DNA of 64,000 nucleotides from Vicinamibacterales bacterium (GTDB taxonomy: Bacteria; Acidobacteriota; Vicinamibacteria; Vicinamibacterales; 2-12-FULL-66-21), in the NCBI GenBank assembly GCA_036278735.1, contig DASUKM010000028.1:66141-130140 (forward strand), in the 5' to 3' direction. The notes under the pieces were generated by a model, which was not told the origin of the DNA, ran no database searches, and worked only from the letters and a program-made list of their open reading frames with translations. Positions within the stretch are counted from its first letter, which is position 1. The number at the start of each line of letters is the position of its first letter. Below, piece after piece: positions 61,211 to 64,000 of this stretch. Position numbers and translations under genes: made by a program.

Positions 61211-64000
61211 ATGCCCAACTGGAAAGACACGCTCAACCTGCCTCGAACCGGCTTTCCGATGAAGGCCAGCCTGCAGACGGCCGAACCGCAGGCGCTCGCC
61301 CGGTGGGCCGAGATGGGGCTGTACGACCGGATTCGCGAGGCACGCCAGGGGCGGCCGAAGTTCGTGCTGCACGACGGACCGCCGTACGCCAACGGCCGCA
61401 TCCACATGGGCACCGCGATGAACAAGATCCTGAAGGATCTCGTCGTCAAGTCGCGGACGATGCTCGGATTCGACGCGCCGTACGTGCTCGGCTACGACTG
61501 CCACGGGCTTCCGATCGAGCTGAAGGTGGACCGCGAGCTCGGCCCGAAGAAGCGCGACATGTCGGTGGCCGACTTCCGCCGCGAGTGCCGCGCCTTCGCG
61601 ACGCGCTTCATCGCCGTGATGAACCTCGAGTTCCAGCGGCTGTGCGTCTTCGGCGACTGGGATCACCTGTATCTGACGATGGACTTCCGGTACCAGGCGG
61701 CGATTGCGCGCGCGCTGGGCAAGTTCGTGGACCAGGGGCTCGTCTACAAGGGCAAGAAGCCGGTGCACTGGTGCATCCATTGCCGCACGGCCCTGGCGGA
61801 AGCGGAAGTCGAGTACGAAGATCATTCGTCCCCCTCCATCTACGTCGAGTTCCCGCTGGCGTCGACGAGCGTGGCGGATCTCACGGCGCGGGTGCCTGCG
61901 CTGTCGGGACGCGGCGTGTCGGTCCTGATTTGGACGACGACGCCGTGGACGATTCCGTCGAACCTGGCGATCGCCTTCCACCCCGATTTCGACTATGCGG
62001 CCTACGACGTCGAGGGCCGCGCCGTCATCGTCGCCCAAGCGCTCGCGCCGGCCGTGTTCGGCCTCGTGCAGCGCGCGCCCGGCGCGCCGATCGCCCGCAT
62101 GAAGGGGGGGGACCTCGAAGGCATCCGGTTCCAGCATCCGCTGTACGACCGCGAATCGGTCGGCGTGCTGGCCGAGTACGTCACGCTCGAGCAGGGCACG
62201 GGCGCCGTCCACACGGCGCCCGGCCACGGCAGCGACGACTTCAACACGGGCGTGAAGTACGGGCTTGAGATCTACGCGCCGGTCGGCCCCGGCGGACACT
62301 TCCTGCAGACGGTGGAACTGTTCGGCGGCCAGCGGGTGTTCGACGCCAATCCGCTGATCGAAGAAGCGCTGGCCGCGCGCGGCCGCCTCTGGCACCGGCA
62401 GCCGTTCCAGCATTCGTATCCGCACTGCTGGCGCTGCCACAACCCGGTAATCTTTCTGGCGACCTCCCAGTGGTTCATCGCGCTCGACGGCGTGGCGCTC
62501 GCGAACGCGCCCGCGCTCGACGGGCACGCGCCGAGTCTGCGCGAGGCGGCGCTCGACGCCGTCGATCGCCGCGTGCGGTGGATTCCCGCGTGGGGGCGGG
62601 ATCGGATCCACAACATGGTCGCCAACCGGCCCGACTGGTGCATCTCGCGCCAGCGCGCCTGGGGCGTGCCGATTCCGGCCCTGGACTGCGTGGCGTGCGG
62701 CGAGGCGATCCTCACCCCGGCGCTCGTGGAGCGGGCCGCCGCCGTCTTCGATACGTACGGCGCCGACGCCTGGTACGAACGCCCGCTCGAGGAGTTCGTG
62801 CCCGAGGGGTTCGCCTGTCCGGCGTGCGGCGGGACCTCGTTCGAGCGCGAGCGCGACATCCTCGACGTGTGGTTCGACTCCGGATCGAGCCACGAGGCCG
62901 TCCTGCCCTTCCGCCCCGAGCTGACGTGGCCCGCCGACGTATATCTCGAAGGCAGCGACCAGCATCGCGGCTGGTTTCAGAGTTCGCTGCTCGTTGGCCT
63001 CGGCACGCGCGGCCGCGCCCCCTTCGAGGCGGTCATCACGCACGGATTCATCATCGACGAGGACAGCCGCAAGAAGATGTCGAAGTCGCTGGGCAACGCC
63101 ATCGCCCCGCAGGACATCATCAAGGAGAGCGGCGCCGAAATCGTCCGTCTGTGGGTCGCGATGGTCGATTACCGCGAAGAGGTGCACCTCAGCAAGGAGA
63201 TCCTCGCGCGCGTGGTCGAGGCGTATCGAAAAATCCGGAACACGCTCCGGTACCTGGTGTCGAACCTGTTCGACTTCACGCCGGCCGACGGCGTGCCCGT
63301 CGAGGCGATGGCGGAGGTCGATCGCTATGCGCTCGCGCGCTACGCGGCGGCCGCCACCGCCGCGCGGACCGCCTACGATGCGTACGATTTTCCGGCCATC
63401 TTCCAGATCATCAATCCGTTCACCGTGGACCTGAGCGCGTTCTACGCCGACGTCTCCAAGGATCGCCTCTACACGTTCGGCACCGCGTCCCCCGAGCGCC
63501 GCTCGGCCCAAACGGTCATGTACATCATCGCGGACGGGCTGGCCCGCCTGCTGGCGCCGATCCTCCCCGTGACCATGGACGAGGTGTGGACCTGCCTGCC
63601 GGGATCGCGCGAGGCGTCGGTGCACCTGGCGGAATTCGCGCCGGTCGAGGCGTACGGTGCGCCCGACCCCGAGCTGCTGAACCGGTGGGCCCGGCTGATC
63701 GCGATCCGCGACGAAGTGAACCGCGCGCTCGAATCGGCGCGGCAGGCGAAGCTGATTGGCACCTCGCTCGCCGCGCGCGTCAGCATTTCGGCCTCCGGAG
63801 ACGCCGCGGATCTGCTCGAACGCTACGCGGCCGACCTGCCGATGCTGTTCATCGTGTCGCAGGTCGAGCTGCGGCGCGCCGACTCCGGCCTCGAGATCGC
63901 CGTCGCCCGCGCCGGAGGAGAAAAGTGCCAGCGGTGCTGGCGGATCGTGCCGGACGTGTCGCACGAGGAGGACACCGACGGTCTGTGCGACCGCTGCCTC
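61211..64000 (+). CDS. ileS: isoleucyl-tRNA synthetase, 3' end runs off the window
   Basis: Own translation from ATG 61211: [21 protein letters not shown]...[19 protein letters not shown] (HIGH region), later KKMSKSLGN (KMSKS) and C-terminal CQRCW...CDRC zinc knuckle. Open to base 64000. The 966-aa minus ORF here is its antisense shadow. Confidence 0.95.
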   Translation, partial: MPNWKDTLNLPRTGFPMKASLQTAEPQALARWAEMGLYDRIREARQGRPKFVLHDGPPYANGRIHMGTAMNKILKDLVVKSRTMLGFDAPYVLGYDCHGLPIELKVDRELGPKKRDMSVADFRRECRAFATRFIAVMNLEFQRLCVFGDWDHLYLTMDFRYQAAIARALGKFVDQGLVYKGKKPVHWCIHCRTALAEAEVEYEDHSSPSIYVEFPLASTSVADLTARVPALSGRGVSVLIWTTTPWTIPSNLAIAFHPDFDYAAYDVEGRAVIVAQALAPAVFGLVQRAPGAPIARMKGGDLEGIRFQHPLYDRESVGVLAEYVTLEQGTGAVHTAPGHGSDDFNTGVKYGLEIYAPVGPGGHFLQTVELFGGQRVFDANPLIEEALAARGRLWHRQPFQHSYPHCWRCHNPVIFLATSQWFIALDGVALANAPALDGHAPSLREAALDAVDRRVRWIPAWGRDRIHNMVANRPDWCISRQRAWGVPIPALDCVACGEAILTPALVERAAAVFDTYGADAWYERPLEEFVPEGFACPACGGTSFERERDILDVWFDSGSSHEAVLPFRPELTWPADVYLEGSDQHRGWFQSSLLVGLGTRGRAPFEAVITHGFIIDEDSRKKMSKSLGNAIAPQDIIKESGAEIVRLWVAMVDYREEVHLSKEILARVVEAYRKIRNTLRYLVSNLFDFTPADGVPVEAMAEVDRYALARYAAAATAARTAYDAYDFPAIFQIINPFTVDLSAFYADVSKDRLYTFGTASPERRSAQTVMYIIADGLARLLAPILPVTMDEVWTCLPGSREASVHLAEFAPVEAYGAPDPELLNRWARLIAIRDEVNRALESARQAKLIGTSLAARVSISASGDAADLLERYAADLPMLFIVSQVELRRADSGLEIAVARAGGEKCQRCWRIVPDVSHEEDTDGLCDRCL

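Noticed and set aside
61064-63964. 966-aa minus-strand ORF
   Set aside because: It is antisense to ileS, which has clear HIGH/KMSKS motifs on the plus strand. The ORF itself is an Arg/Gly/Asp-rich low-complexity translation.

Overview
This is a 64-kb window of a very GC-rich bacterial chromosome (roughly 70% G+C by eye; no composition was computed). It is densely coding on both strands. I can support about 75 protein genes, two tRNA genes (tRNA-Ala-GGC and tRNA-Sec-UCA), no rRNA and no CRISPR.

The backbone is housekeeping and metabolism: ileS, prfA-prmC, moaE-moaD, thiD, bioY, erpA, class I fumarase, aspA, a periplasmic asparaginase, apbC/mrp, nhaA, an addB-addA-like helicase-nuclease pair, two operons of paired M16 peptidases, a csp gene with promoter and terminator, and many small proteins. 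Many long ORFs in the track are antisense or alternate-frame shadows typical of high-GC DNA, and I rejected them.

The main feature is a low-GC integrative island of about 9.1 kb (30427..39495). It sits in the 3' part of tRNA-Ala(GGC) and is bounded by a perfect 48-bp direct repeat. It carries:
- a tyrosine integrase and an AlpA-like regulator/excisionase;
- paired GCCCCCTA motifs near both ends (candidate arm sites);
- a set of small Zn-finger proteins of unknown function;
- a tightly packed five-gene minus-strand defence operon.

The operon encodes, in order:
- a beta-class SPPY DNA methyltransferase;
- an XhoI/PaeR7I-like PD-(D/E)XK endonuclease;
- a diverged paralog of that endonuclease with the catalytic EFK replaced by SLK;
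- a stand-alone DUF262 protein (like the N-terminal half of GmrSD, with no DUF1524 nuclease);
- an Rx4H HEPN nuclease, encoded 3 nt downstream of the DUF262 gene.

The DUF262+HEPN pair, and the five-gene combination as a whole, is my best candidate for an uncharacterised defence system.

Other observations:
- five separate intergenic loci carry tandem heptanucleotide repeats, each with a different unit;
- an 11-bp phased repeat array plus a T9 tract lies in a divergent promoter region;
- a 73-bp two-hairpin element is duplicated upstream of an amidase operon;
- two decayed genes (an antiporter remnant and a frameshifted SDR) lie 1-3.5 kb to the left of the island;
- a degenerate ABC-ATPase homolog is present;
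- a translationally coupled chain runs secreted protein, addB, addA, DUF488.

All family assignments come from reading motifs in the translations. No database search was possible.
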